64,000 bases of DNA from Synchiropus picturatus. Lineage: Eukaryota. The stretch is from positions 3,057,643-3,121,642 of the forward strand of contig CM094669.1 in the NCBI GenBank assembly GCA_044231675.1. Direction: 5' to 3'. Shown here in pieces: positions 36,096 to 46,717 of the stretch. How positions within the stretch are numbered: position 1 is the first letter of the stretch; each line of letters starts with the position of its first letter. The notes beneath the pieces were generated by a model. The model saw nothing but the letters and a program-made list of their open reading frames with translations, did not search any database and had not been told where the DNA came from. The translations under genes and the position numbers were made by a program.

Positions 36096-37202
36096 GTGTA
36101 CCGACACTCATCGCCCTCTACTGGACCAGCTGGAGTTTTTCTCCTCACCTCCATGCCCACCTGATTCTCCCCACAGCGGTGGCGGGCCAAGCCAGACCTG
36201 CCCTGGAAGCTCTTCCCACAGGTGGGGCAGCCGAAGGGTGTGGCACCCTCTTCGTGCACCTTCTGGTGATTTCGTAGGAATCGGGCGAGGCGGAAGGCTT
36301 TGCCGCAGGTGTGGCATATGTGCTTCTTACGCTGCGTGTGGATGCGCATGTGGTTGCGCAGCGCCATGTAGTTGGTGTACGGTTTATCGCAGAAGTTACA
36401 GCGGAAGTTTCCAGTCTTGTGTGTGTGTTTGTGGTTCAAGAGCGAGCTAGCATGTTTGTAGGCACAGCTGCAGAGATCGCAGGCGTAGGGACGCTCATCT
36501 GAGTCCAGGTCCACTGAGCTCCGCTCCATGTTAATGGTGGTGGAGCTGCTGGTGGTTGAGGACGACGGCAGATGCTGTGCAGGGCAGTCATGACTGGCCA
36601 GTTCATCTGCTGTCGCAAAGCCTTCACAGCAACCGTCGCACTCGAAGTCCATCTGGGCCCCGGGACCCTGAGGCCCCTTGCAGAGGCCAGCTGTGGTGTG
36701 AGTGGCAAGCTGGCGCTGCGTGCGGAAGCCCTTCCCGCACTCTTGGCAGTTGTGCTTCTTTTGGGCAAAGTGCAGCCGCAGGTGGTTCTTCATGGCCAGC
36801 CGGTTGGGGTAGGTGGAGTTGCACACATTGCAGTGGTACTCACCTATTTTGTGCAGGTTCTTATGGTTGGCCAGGCTGCCAGCATGACGGTACGTCTTGC
36901 CACATTCCTCACAGGCGAAGGGTCGCCGGCCGGATTCCGCCGGGTCAAACTTCTGCGGTCTGGATGTGCCAGCAGAAGAGTAGGGTTTCTTGAACCCTTG
37001 CTGGTACTTGACGCCCATCATTGGACCCTTTGAGGACTCTCCCCTCATGGTTTGCATTTGCGACGGGCCGGGCTGCTGGAAGCGTGCGCCATTAGCGCCG
37101 GTCCGGACAAGACCTTTGGCACGGTGTTCCTCATGCAGCCGCAGATGGTTGATCAGTTGTTTCTGGATCTTGAAGGCTTTTCCACATTCTTCACATTTGT
37201 GC
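36096..37202 (-). CDS. znf646: ZNF646-like gene, middle coding exon (…HKCEECGKAFKIQKQLINHLRLHEE…CEECGKTYRHAGSLANHKNLH… multiple fingers).
   Basis: ORF 36092..37057 plus an in-frame upstream extension. Acceptor tttttctgcag is at 37203-37213 on the minus strand. The ORF's apparent stop codon is part of the GTGAGT donor. Confidence 0.65.
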
Positions 37203-37898
37203 CTGCAGAAAAACCCAAGCAGGTCAGTCCGGATGACCGGGCTATGTGGGCAGCCTGGCCAGGGAAAAACTGTGCTGAATTATGACAGAACGTAGCAGCT
37301 AGCTACCACCATCGTACACCAAGACTGAAGTCATACAAAAACAAGACCCCCCCCCCCCCCCCCCGAGATACCTGGTGACATTTACCCATTTGTCTCATCA
37401 CAAAATTATGGAGCACTTCCACTTCCACTCAGTCCAGCAGAGAAGTCCAGAATCTCAACACTGGACAGTCAATTGAGGTTTCCACCACGGACAAATATCT
37501 AAAAAGAAACTATCATCTGACGAAGAGTTAAGCGAAAATATATTTCTCACACTATGAATGGATTACTGCAAAACTGTTCACATGTCTAACAGCAACAAAT
37601 CAGTAACATGACTAAGGCAAGGACTTGAACGAGAAACCACATCACGGCCTCAACTGATTGCAGAACTGACTCTACAGTCATTTAAGATGCTCTTTGTGCT
37701 CAATTGTAAAACACATTCTCTTCATTCTCATCAGTCATCTCAGCACCTGGTACTTTGCTAGTTATTACATAATATCTTTTCCCAGTGACAGAACGTAAGG
37801 AGAATCTTTTTTTGGCTATTACGGCCCAGACCTGAGAAAATACCAGTTAAAAAAAGCAACACATGAAACCAGAAGGGATACGAATAGGAGAGGCTCAC

Positions 37899-40405
37899 CG
37901 TTTCAGGTCAAAGTGGGTCCTCTGGTGATTCTTGAGGGCCAGAAGGTTGTAGTAACGCTTCTGACATACAAGGCAGCGGAACACACCAGTCTTGTGGGAC
38001 TTCTTGTGGTTGAGGAGGGAGCAGGGGTGTCGATAGCCTCGGCCACACTGGTCACACTTGTGTGGTTTGTCACTCTGGTCCGCCATTTGCCTCCGCGAAT
38101 CTCCACTTAGATCACGGCTTCCTCCACCAATGCCCCCAATGACACCGTCTCCGGCGGACATGCCTTTGGAGCCATTCAGGTTCTGTTTGCCCACCGATTC
38201 CGCTCGGTTCTTGCCAGGACACAAGTGAGTGACCAGGTGGTGACGGTCAGCAAAGAACATCCCGCAGTCCACGCAGATGTGGCTCCGCCCATCCACCTTT
38301 TCACTGCCGTTCGTCGAGGCACCGCCGATGCTCTGCTGGCCATCCTGTCTCTGTGGTCCATGGACCAACTGGTGATTCAGAAGGTCTTGTTTCCTGGAGA
38401 AGCTCTGTCCGCATGTCGAGCAGATGATCCGCCACTCCTGTCCCTGGTTGGAGGGTCCTGGTGCGGTGGGGTTATTGGCATGACTGCGCAGATGGCTACG
38501 GAGCGCTCGAAGGCTGGCATAGTGGTTGCCACAAACAGAGCACTGGTAAACCTCCCCATCATCCTCTTCCTTGTCGTTGCTGCTGCCCATCCTCTTGGCT
38601 CCACTCTGAGAAAACTGCCGCTGGCTGGTGCCCTCTTTCAGACTGCTGGAATTGCTTGCCGGAAGAGGGGAAGGGCCAGAGCCGTGGTAGTTCATGTTTC
38701 CTATGAATCCGTTGGACATGTTTCCCTGCTGTTGCCCCCGGCGAGGGCACAAGTGGGACTTTATCCCAGACACGTCAGAGTACATCTCACCACAGTCGGC
38801 ACACATGTGTCGGTCAGCCTGCCGATGAGCCGAATTGCTCTGGGAAAGCGAACTGCCGTCGAAACGATCATGGAACTCAAGGGAATCCAACCCACTGCTG
38901 TGGCCTCCATCTTGACTAAAGTGAGAGTCGCCCATATTTCCCTGCAGAGAGATGGGTGTCGCAGCACCGTTGCCTTCTTGCACATAGTTCTGCTGGGAGT
39001 CCATAGTCAAAGGTTCTGGTGAGAGCCAATCATTACTCTCATTCATTGAGGAGTTGCCGTGGCGTCCCTTGTGGCTACGAAGATGGCTGTGCAGTGCGGC
39101 AAGGTGTGGGTACTGCTTGCAGCAAATGGTGCACTGGAAGTGGCCTGTCTGGTGGCAGCGTTTGTGGTTCACCAGGCTGCCGGCGTGCCTGTAACTTTTG
39201 CCACATTCTCCACACTTAAAGCGCCTCTCCCCGTCGTCTGGAGAGTTGGTTTGCTGTACACGCCCACCAGAGGGGGACGACACAGAACCCTGGGAACCAG
39301 TGCTGAGTGAGTCCGAGTTAAGGATTGAATTTTCTTGGCTATGAGCCGCAGGATGAGGGTCATGAGTCAGGTAGTGGACCTTCAAGCTCTCGAGATCCGG
39401 GTGCCCAGCCCCACAATACGCACACGTGTAGATGGGGTTGTTGACAGCTGGGCCCATGATTGGATCATATGGACCTCGCTTGTCACTGGACAATGGCGGG
39501 AGAGGCAGGGGGTCACCCAGAGTTGGGGTGTAGGTGGGAGATCGAACAGTGCTTAGATTATGAGGCATGATGCCAGGGAAGCTGCGAGGAAGCCCCAGAG
39601 AAGGCGATGCAGAGTTGTGAAGGAGGATGTGGTCCTGGAATTCCGCCTTGCTGGGCAGTGCAATTTGGCAGAGGTGGCAGAAACATGAGGTGGCGTCGTT
39701 TGCTGGAGCCGACTGTGTGCTGCTGCCACCACTGCTCACCATGGAGGCTCCAGGCGCCTTGTACTTTGAGTGGGTTCTCTCGTGGCTGTTGAGTGACGCC
39801 AGGTTGCTGAACTGTTTTGAACAGACAGAACACTTAAAAGTCCCTTGCTGGTGACACTTCTTGTGATTTACCAGGCTACCGTGGTGGCGGTAGGTTCGGT
39901 CACACAGGTCACACTTAAAAGGTCTGTCCCACGCGTCGTCTGATCCTTGGGAGTTTTTCTTTGAGGTGTCAACCGACTGGTGGTCTTGTAAGACGCTGTT
40001 ATTCAAATGAGGGCGTCCGAACCCCTCAGCATGGTCCTGCGTGAGACTGTAGTCCCTCTCGTCGGTGGCGCCCTCTTCTGGTACTTCCTCAGTCTCCTCC
40101 TCTGGGTGGGCACTACTGGGGGACAGAGTATGGATACGTAGGTGGTTCTTCAGAGCGACTGCATTTGGAAGTGTGCGGGTACAAACTGGACACTGGAATG
40201 AACCCACCTCGTGAGATTTCTTGTGATTGGCAAGGCTGGCTGCGTGCTTGTAGATCCGCCCACACTGTTCGCACTCGAATCTTCCGCTGTCTTCCTGCTG
40301 GTAGTGTGCTTTCATGTGCTCTAGTAGACTTGGAGTACTTGGACAGACCATATCACACTGTTTACAGGGGACTCCCTTCGCTCGACTCATATCATGCATT
40401 GCCAT
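37899..40405 (-). CDS. znf646: ZNF646-like gene, large first coding exon (MAMHDMSRAKGVPCKQCDMVC... about 835 aa, many paired fingers with CxxCGRxYRH(A/P)(G/A/C)SL(A/V/L)NHK(K/R)xH).
   Basis: ORF 37895..40438 (the tool starts at GTG; the first ATG is at 40405). The exon ends at donor CG|gtgagc at 37898. The finger signature is characteristic of ZNF646, and the human orthologue neighbours STX1B and FBXL19 on 16p11.2. Confidence 0.65.
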
Positions 40406-43299
40406 AGTACTCGGGCTGAGACTTGGGCTGGGAATCACAGTTCACAAGGACTGAGAGGTGAGGTGTCATGGGGGTGCCTTGGTTGTTTTCTACTGAAGAA
40501 CCGCCCGTCAAATTAAGGCCCACCATGAGAAGGTGAAAGATGGGCCACACCAGCCGAGGAGGATGTACTGCGGACAGAGAAAGAGAAGAAACTTGACCAA
40601 CGTGCTTGGCGTGCCGAGTGTCACAAACACATCTGAGCTTTTCATCGCCAGACATGAGAGCAGCAGAAGTTTTTCAGAGTTTTTATTTTATTAAAAAAAG
40701 CTGTCATTCCATTTCTCATGTTGATGGAAACATCAACGCAGTAACTTCTGAGTCTGGTTCTCTAAAGCTTTCTGCCACTGGCTGAAGTTGCAGAAATTGA
40801 GCTGGAAACTTGTTCCATTGTTAAAATTAATAAGCAACAACTATGTAAATATAATCCATACAGTAAAACATACAAGTCAGCGAGGGGGACGTAGCTCAGG
40901 AACAGCCAGTCTGTTTCACTGCATCAAGCATTTGTTACTGGTTGGATCAACCAGGTAACCTCATTATTGAAAAAAAGCAAGAGATCTACTGGCTCTGTTT
41001 AACTCATGCAAAGTTTACAAAAGAGTGTCAAGAAAGTGTTTAAACAAGATTGGTCTTTAATGGGTTTCATTCATAAACCAATTCATGGCACTACTGTGCT
41101 GCCTCCATCTCTGATTAAAGAATAAAACATCTCATTATTTGCATCATTTCATTATGGTCCTAAGATTCATATCCCGGCATATTTTAGATGAACGGAGACT
41201 TCTGACAGAAAACAATACAATATTTTAACTACAAAAACGCCTCACAACCTGTTGCCTTTCCTGAAGGTAAAAGGAGCAGCCGATGCTTCATCGCTAATAA
41301 CCAGAGCAGCAGCACAATCAGTGATCATGGAAACATAAACTGTGTCTGCGTCAAACAGGTGATGCATTGAAATGATTGAAAAAAAATCTAAGTAATAAAT
41401 GTTGATCTACATATGGAAGGGGTGCACATCCGAACCATGCGTGTACAACGTTGCAAACAGATGTTAGGTTTAGAGCATTATTTTGATACAGCCTGGGTGG
41501 CCGGAGGTTTTGAGGCTGCAAAACTGTTGGGTTTGTTTTTCTTCAGAATGAGCTCCCTGCCCTGTGGTCCATTGAGTCGGCCATGTTTTTGAATTGTGTC
41601 GACGCGTCATACAAGCTAGCACATACATGTAAGGAGCGAAGCTAGCAAGCACACGTGAATCTGAAAACTGTCCACATTGCCCGGGCTTCATCTCCAAGTC
41701 TCAATACCGGTAATACTGGCAATACCAGCACATCGCCCGGCTCGAGTCAGGTCAATAATTCATACAGCAACAGAAGCCACTCCGAATAAAATATTGACAC
41801 CTCAGAGAAATGTGATGCGGATTGAAGCCCTTTGAAAGGTGCGAGTGTCCCACTGCATTCCAGTCAGAACCAGCAGGATCCCTAACTTCAGAACCACGCT
41901 ACAGATCCCTGAGCTATAGTCCATGATACCGGACCACTTGTCAGGACAAGTGATGGCGCCAAGTTAACTGATATGGAACAAGTCCCTGCTTATTAAAAAA
42001 ACCCACATGGCAGTTCAAAGATCAAAGCCAACTTCAGCAGAACACAATTGACCCACGCCATTGATCAGAAATGAACCATGACGTGTCGCCGACTTCAACT
42101 GGCCAACCACAGACAAGCAATGGATAACCGTGCTCCCTAATATCGCCCAACAACATCATGCACATTCTATATAAGAAAGGGCCGAGGAGACTGTTCCTCC
42201 TCAAGAGACTAAGGTCTGAGTGTCTGTGGTGTGCAGCAGCATCACTAACACTGGGAGACGGGGGATGATAGCAAAGCTCTCATTCATGACTTGAACACCA
42301 CGGAGCAGCTCATTCTGTTGCAGATCATTACACCCATGACACCGCAGGTCTTTCCTTCCTGCTTCAATCAGACTTGACACTCAGCTGTTCAGTGAAGCAC
42401 CTGGAGTCTTCAGAGTGTTTCGACACAGTGTTGTGTGTTAAACAATAGTCGACAAATGTCAATATCTTTTGTCACTTTTCACTGCGCTTTGGAGCATGGT
42501 TTGCAGGGGAGAGTCAACTTTTTCATTTTTCATTTTGCCCTTATTTGGTTTAGTCACAAAAATCAGCTTTGAGTTTTGTCCCTCAGTTGCTTGCCTTTAA
42601 TCCGTTATGCTGTAATGTTGACATTCGTCCGAGTACCGGCTGACAGTAGGAAGACCAATCTTTAAAGGAATAAATATTTGAAGATGTTTACATGTCTGTT
42701 GAATTCAAATATTTGTGTGACGCTTCTGATTATTCCAAGTCAGCCGCGGCTAGACCCGAGCACGGTCATCGGGGCCGGGCTCCTGACCTTGGCCCGTCTC
42801 CCCTCAGGGGGATCCACCGGGACAAAGCTGCATCTTCCAGCACCGATGTGTCCCCCGTCACACCTGAGCGCAGTGACACTCCAGCCCGGCAGCAGCAGAG
42901 CGACCAAGCCTCGGCAATAAAACTCCAGCAGAGCCTCACGGGGGGACCGGACGGGTGTCGGTGGACCGGGTGACCACCAGACACTTTCACTCGCCGTCGG
43001 AAAATGGCCATTTTCCGCTAACTAGCCTCGCGTTCACCCCCAAACACTCGCCCTGCTGAACGCACACATCACAAAATGTTCCGGGGCTTTGAACCAGAGC
43101 TGTAAACCTGCATCACAACACTATAGCGTTTTCATTCATGCATTATTGGTCTTGTGTTTGAGAAAACGGGGAGCTAATGCTAACGTTAGCGGTTAGCACC
43201 ACCCCCCGCGATGACAGAAAAGGGGGTAGCCCGAGTAAAAAAAACACGAAAACAAACAACAGAGCGCAAGACGTTTATTCCTTGTTTTCCACAGTAACG

Positions 43300-43700
43300 T
43301 CATTACAGTGAAGTGGCGGTCCAGCAGTGGGACGGGAAATGGGAAGCTAGCCGCCCCGGGTTAGCCCGCAGCTACACAAAGATCGACGAACACACCGCGG
43401 ACCGTCCGCGGCCCCGTGGATGGAAAAAAAAAAACATTTAGCGTGATCTTGCGCTATAGACTCACCCTCCGCTCGGCCTCTGCGCCCAGAGGGTGATGGC
43501 TGCACAGCCGGACGGTGCAGGCGCGCCACTTTCACGGATTAGACATGCTGATTGTTCGGCCGATGATCAACAACCCACTTTTGGCTGCTCCGCCGCTCCG
43601 ACAACACGCTTCCTGCCGCTGCCGCTGCCGCAGCTGCGGCGCGGTGCGCGCAGCCTCACGCGTCACCACCACTGCCTATATAAACACATTTTTCCCGAAG
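43300..43700. promoter_or_regulatory. CpG island with a TATA-like tatataaa at ~43676. This is a candidate promoter or non-coding first exon for the znf646-like gene on the minus strand. Orientation is uncertain.
   Basis: Dense CpG and (GCC)n-like tracts. It lies 2.9 kb upstream of the znf646 ATG on the minus strand and ~0.9 kb upstream of the thoc6 ATG on the plus strand. Confidence 0.35.
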
Positions 43701-44149
43701 ACGCACCATTCCAATTTCATGTTGCCAGATGGATGGAGTCCTGGTCCTAAATGCTCTTGAATTATTCCAACCAGAACTGAGGTGCATGTATTCCAGACTG
43801 GTAGGACGAGCGATCAGATGAATTACAAACCTCTCTTGCCTTGAAAATGATCATAAAAAAACTGGGGTCATTCGTTGAGAAGGAGGATCAAGAAGGGCAG
43901 AAAAGAAACCACGTCTGTCCAGGAATCAGAATCAGAAAACTTTATTAATCCCGAGGGAAATTTAATTTGTAACTTAACATGTTCTGTAAACAACAAAAAG
44001 ATAAATATGAAATGTAAAATATAAAATGCAAAATAGGAAGGCTATGTACATAGTGCTTAAAAGAGATTGAGATGAAGAAAGGGCCTCATGTGGCGCTCAG
44101 TCTTAGATATGACATGGGTACTCTCAGTCTATCAGTCTGTGTGCTTCTG

Positions 44150-44470
44150 TGTTGGACCATGAGCTGATGGGAAAACTCTGGGACAGACTGACATTACCAT
44201 CGGTTCTGTGTCCTGACAACAGTGAGACCATTCTTGTGTGGGGTCACTTCTCAGCGGAGGGACTGGAGCCTCAGAACGCAGTCATGAACAATGAATGGTA
44301 CCGAAACATCTACAGACTACTCTCATCCATCCAAGGACAGTTTGGTGACAAACAGAGCCTCTTCCAGACAGAACACAGTATGGGTACGTGGCCAGGAAAC
44401 TCCCCGGATCATCATCAGAGACATAAAAAAGGAGACACAATGGTGTGAGGTCACAAGTGTCGAGCAGTTC
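44150..44470 (+). mobile_element. Degraded Tc1/mariner-like transposase fragment (...ILVWGHFSAEGLEP...SLFQTEHS...).
   Basis: ORF 44149..44448 resembles the Tc1 transposase C-terminal catalytic region (VMVWGCFS...GxGxL...QQDNDP). It is interrupted and carries no intact DDE motif. Confidence 0.5.
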
Positions 44471-44514
44471 TTCCTTGCCTCCACTGGGCGACGCTGTCGC
44501 GTCAGAGGCCAAAG

Positions 44515-44530
44515 CCAGCCGGAAGTGACA
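44515..44530 (+). promoter_or_regulatory. thoc6: ETS/GABP-type CCGGAAGTG motif in the thoc6 core promoter.
   Basis: agccggaagtgacagg lies ~75 bp upstream of the thoc6 ATG, consistent with a TATA-less housekeeping promoter. Confidence 0.45.
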
Positions 44531-44596
44531 GGGGAAACTTCCTCCCAGTATTTCGGATCAGAACCGCGGCTGCTCGTTGCGGGACCTGAGCTCATA

Positions 44597-44659
44597 ATGG
44601 GACCAGTAGAGGTAACACTCGCGTCAGAACCGCGGGGATTTTGTACTGTCTTCTCACGT
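44597..44659 (+). CDS. thoc6: thoc6 exon 1 (MGPVEVTLASEPRGFCTVFSR).
   Basis: ATG at 44597. Donor gtgagc at 44660. The exon joins in frame to exon 2, giving ...[11 protein letters not shown], which matches human THOC6 ...RLHMTIFSQS. Confidence 0.75.
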
Positions 44660-44780
44660 GTGAGCGGTTGAAGCGGGGCGTCTTTGAGTTCCGTGTGTGG
44701 CGGGTCGAGCTGCCTGTGTTTCTATGAGAGGTGATTCACGGACACAGTTCTCCTCCAGTCTTGGTTGTCCTCTGTCTGCA

Positions 44781-44872
44781 GCACCTGCACATGTCCATCT
44801 TCTCTCAGAGCTTCTCACCGTGTGGAAAATTCCTTGCTGCGGGAAACAACTACGGAGAGATCGCAATATTCA
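44781..44872 (+). CDS. thoc6: thoc6 exon 2 ([30 protein letters not shown]).
   Basis: Matches human THOC6 [29 protein letters not shown]. Confidence 0.9.
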
Positions 44873-44940
44873 GGTGAAGATGACGGAGGTGATGACGGAC
44901 GCGGCGACAGCCATCATGAACCGCTTCTGTCTCCTCTCAG

Positions 44941-45005
44941 TCTCTCCGCAGCTCTGAGTCCTGAAGCGACTGAGTCGAACCTGAAACCGTTTCTCACCTT
45001 CTCGG
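44941..45005 (+). CDS. thoc6: thoc6 exon 3 (SLSAALSPEATESNLKPFLTFS).
   Basis: Matches human [22 protein letters not shown]. Confidence 0.85.
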
Positions 45006-45069
45006 GTGAGTCCTCAGTCTGTGTGTTGACTATTGTGCAGTGATGTAAACTGGAAATGGCCGGTCCTAG

Positions 45070-45173
45070 CCCACGATGGACCGGTCTACTGTCTTCTCTC
45101 CACGGAGTCGCAGCTGCTGAGTTCTGGAAACGGAGAGATCCGAGCATGGACCTGGAGCGAGCTCATCAAAAAG
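45070..45173 (+). CDS. thoc6: thoc6 exon 4 ([35 protein letters not shown]).
   Basis: Matches human [35 protein letters not shown]. Uses a TAG acceptor at 45067-45069. Confidence 0.85.
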
Positions 45174-45237
45174 GTACCGACCTCCGGTGCAGCCTCCTAA
45201 AGTCCTGCACCGCAAACATTCTGCTGTGTCTGTGCAG

Positions 45238-45275
45238 ACGGTGAAGCCTGTTTGGACCAAGAGACCTGACTACAA
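45238..45275 (+). CDS. thoc6: thoc6 exon 5 (TVKPVWTKRPDY(K)).
   Basis: Matches human GCKELWRRQPPYR. Donor gtgaga at 45276. Confidence 0.75.
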
Positions 45276-45343
45276 GTGAGACCGACGCACTGTCTACATG
45301 CATTCATGCCTTTTTAAACGCTCTGGGACACCACTGTGTTCAG

Positions 45344-45392
45344 GTCGAGCTTGGAGATTCCAGAAATCAATGCCATGGTCATCTACCCTCGA
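45344..45392 (+). CDS. thoc6: thoc6 exon 6 (SSLEIPEINAMVIYPR).
   Basis: Matches human TSLEVPEINALLLVPK. Donor gtgaga at 45393. Confidence 0.8.
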
Positions 45393-45462
45393 GTGAGACC
45401 TGCGTTCTCAGCGGCAAAGGTTTCCTTATATGGCGCCGACTCACAATGAAACTTGTTGCCAG

Positions 45463-45534
45463 GACGACACGTTGGTGGTCGGAGGTGGGGACAACAACAT
45501 CCACGTGCTGGACATGCAACGTGGCTCTTTCAAG
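45463..45534 (+). CDS. thoc6: thoc6 exon 7 (DDTLVVGGGDNNIHVLDMQRGSFK).
   Basis: Matches human [25 protein letters not shown]. Confidence 0.85.
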
Positions 45535-45612
45535 GTCAGTACTTGTGGGCGGCTCCCTGGCCAGACCTGGGTCTTCTAAGCTGCCGTCTGCACTTCTCAG
45601 TCTGTCCTGCAG

Positions 45613-45703
45613 GGCCACGCTGACTATGTCCACTGCCTGAACGTGCGGCCGCAGGAGGCCCAGCTGCTGTCCGGGAGTGAGGATGGCAGTGTCAGAATCT
45701 GGG
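45613..45703 (+). CDS. thoc6: thoc6 exon 8: WD40 repeat (GHADYVHCLNVRPQEAQLLSGSEDGSVRIW).
   Basis: Matches human [30 protein letters not shown]. Confidence 0.9.
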
Positions 45704-45773
45704 GTTTGTCTGTTGCCATGGAGACCGTTTGTTGGCCCATCATCCTGCTTCAGTGTCATGTGATCATTTTCAG

Positions 45774-45823
45774 ACATGCGAACCAACCAGAGCGTCCACG
45801 TCGTCGAGGCTCACAAGTACGAG
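45774..45823 (+). CDS. thoc6: thoc6 exon 9 (DMRTNQSVHVVEAHKYE).
   Basis: Matches human DLRTAKEVQTIEVYKHEE. Confidence 0.8.
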
Positions 45824-45919
45824 GTGAGTTCACATGGCGAGTGCTGCTCTGGAGATCAAATTTGATCCTCACAACACATTTGGGGCTTCATATGGACAGT
45901 CTGACTTCCTGTTTCCCAG

Positions 45920-45982
45920 AGTTGTGCGCGGCCGCAGTTCGGAAAGTGGATCAGCTGTCTGACCAGCGACTGTGACTGGATG
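45920..45982 (+). CDS. thoc6: thoc6 exon 10 (SCARPQFGKWISCLTSDCDWM).
   Basis: Matches human [20 protein letters not shown]. Confidence 0.85.
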
Positions 45983-46041
45983 GTGAGTGAAGGAGCCTTT
46001 GTTGTTGGACCAGTCAGCGGCAGTGTCCGTGTCGGCCTCAG

Positions 46042-46152
46042 GTGTGTGGCGGGGGTCCGTCCCTGTCGGTGTGGCACCTCCGCTCCATGTCTCCCACATC
46101 TGTGTTCGACCTCCCCGGCTGTCAGCGGCGCGCTGCCTTCTACCAGGACATG
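46042..46152 (+). CDS. thoc6: thoc6 exon 11 (VCGGGPSLSVWHLRSMSPTSVFDLPGCQRRAAFYQDM).
   Basis: Matches human [37 protein letters not shown]. Confidence 0.9.
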
Positions 46153-46214
46153 GTGAGTGTTCCGCTTGTCGCCGCGGCTGCTGGTGATTGACAGTTCCCT
46201 GGTCCGCCTCTCAG

Positions 46215-46337
46215 ATTCTGGCGGTGGGCGACGGCGCCTACGTGTCTCACTGCCTGCTTGGCGGCGAGGTGAAAGCTCAGATTCCAGTGACACCGCAGAG
46301 TCTCAACACGCTGGAGCTGAACAGCACGGAGCTGCAG
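46215..46337 (+). CDS. thoc6: thoc6 exon 12 (ILAVGDGAYVSHCLLGGEVKAQIPVTPQSLNTLELNSTELQ).
   Basis: Matches human [38 protein letters not shown]. Confidence 0.85.
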
Positions 46338-46397
46338 GTAAGCTGGTGCTACCTGCTGGTGTCTGGGCTCGCTGCTGAAGTGTCGGTGTGTCCACAG

Positions 46398-46478
46398 GTG
46401 CTGACCGTCGCTGGGAGCAGCAGCCATATCGATGTCTTCACCAACCCCTCGTACAGAGCCTTCTCCCTGTCTTTCTGA
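46398..46478 (+). CDS. thoc6: thoc6 exon 13 ([26 protein letters not shown]).
   Basis: Matches the human THOC6 C-terminus [26 protein letters not shown]. Stop at 46476-46478. The thirteen exons total 333 aa. Confidence 0.9.
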   Translation: [26 protein letters not shown]

Positions 46479-46498
46479 CCTGTCAATCACCTCACCAC

Positions 46499-46504
46499 AA
46501 TAAA
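46499..46504 (+). terminator. thoc6: thoc6 AATAAA polyadenylation signal.
   Basis: Hexamer 21 bp after the stop codon. Confidence 0.65.
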
Positions 46505-46518
46505 AGCTTTTTTTTTAA

Positions 46519-46524
46519 CTTCAA
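46519..46524 (-). terminator. med15: med15 AATAAA polyadenylation signal on the minus strand (tttatt on the plus strand).
   Basis: Hexamer ~57 bp downstream of the med15 stop codon on the minus strand. Predicted cleavage sites put the two 3' UTRs about 20 bp into each other. Confidence 0.55.
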
Positions 46525-46580
46525 GTCTTTTATTTAACTGACAATACATCAAACGCACAAACGGGGAGTGGGGCGTGGCC

Positions 46581-46717
46581 TCAGGCAGCCGACAGACAGG
46601 CCTGCCTCACGCTGCGGACCCAGGTGTTCAGGACCTCAGTCAGCGAGTGCTTGTTGGGCAGCTGCAGCAGTTTGGACGCCATGTTGTCATGAACCGTCTG
46701 CAGGAAACCATTTGCAC
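46581..46717 (-). CDS. med15: med15 terminal coding exon (...ANGFLQTVHDNMASKLLQLPNKHSLTEVLNTWVRSVRQACLSAA*). The acceptor is either at 46718-46723 or 46698-46703.
   Basis: In-frame translation of the reverse strand. Stop TGA at 46583-46581. Confidence 0.6.

Noticed and set aside
38225-39022. 265-aa plus-strand ORF.
   Set aside because: It is antisense to the large znf646-like coding exon and shows no domain signature.
43676-43683. TATATAAA upstream of thoc6 as the thoc6 TATA box.
   Set aside because: It lies ~900 bp from the thoc6 ATG with a transposon relic in between. A TATA-less ETS-motif promoter at ~44520 is more plausible. The TATA-like element may instead serve the minus-strand znf646-like gene or be non-functional.
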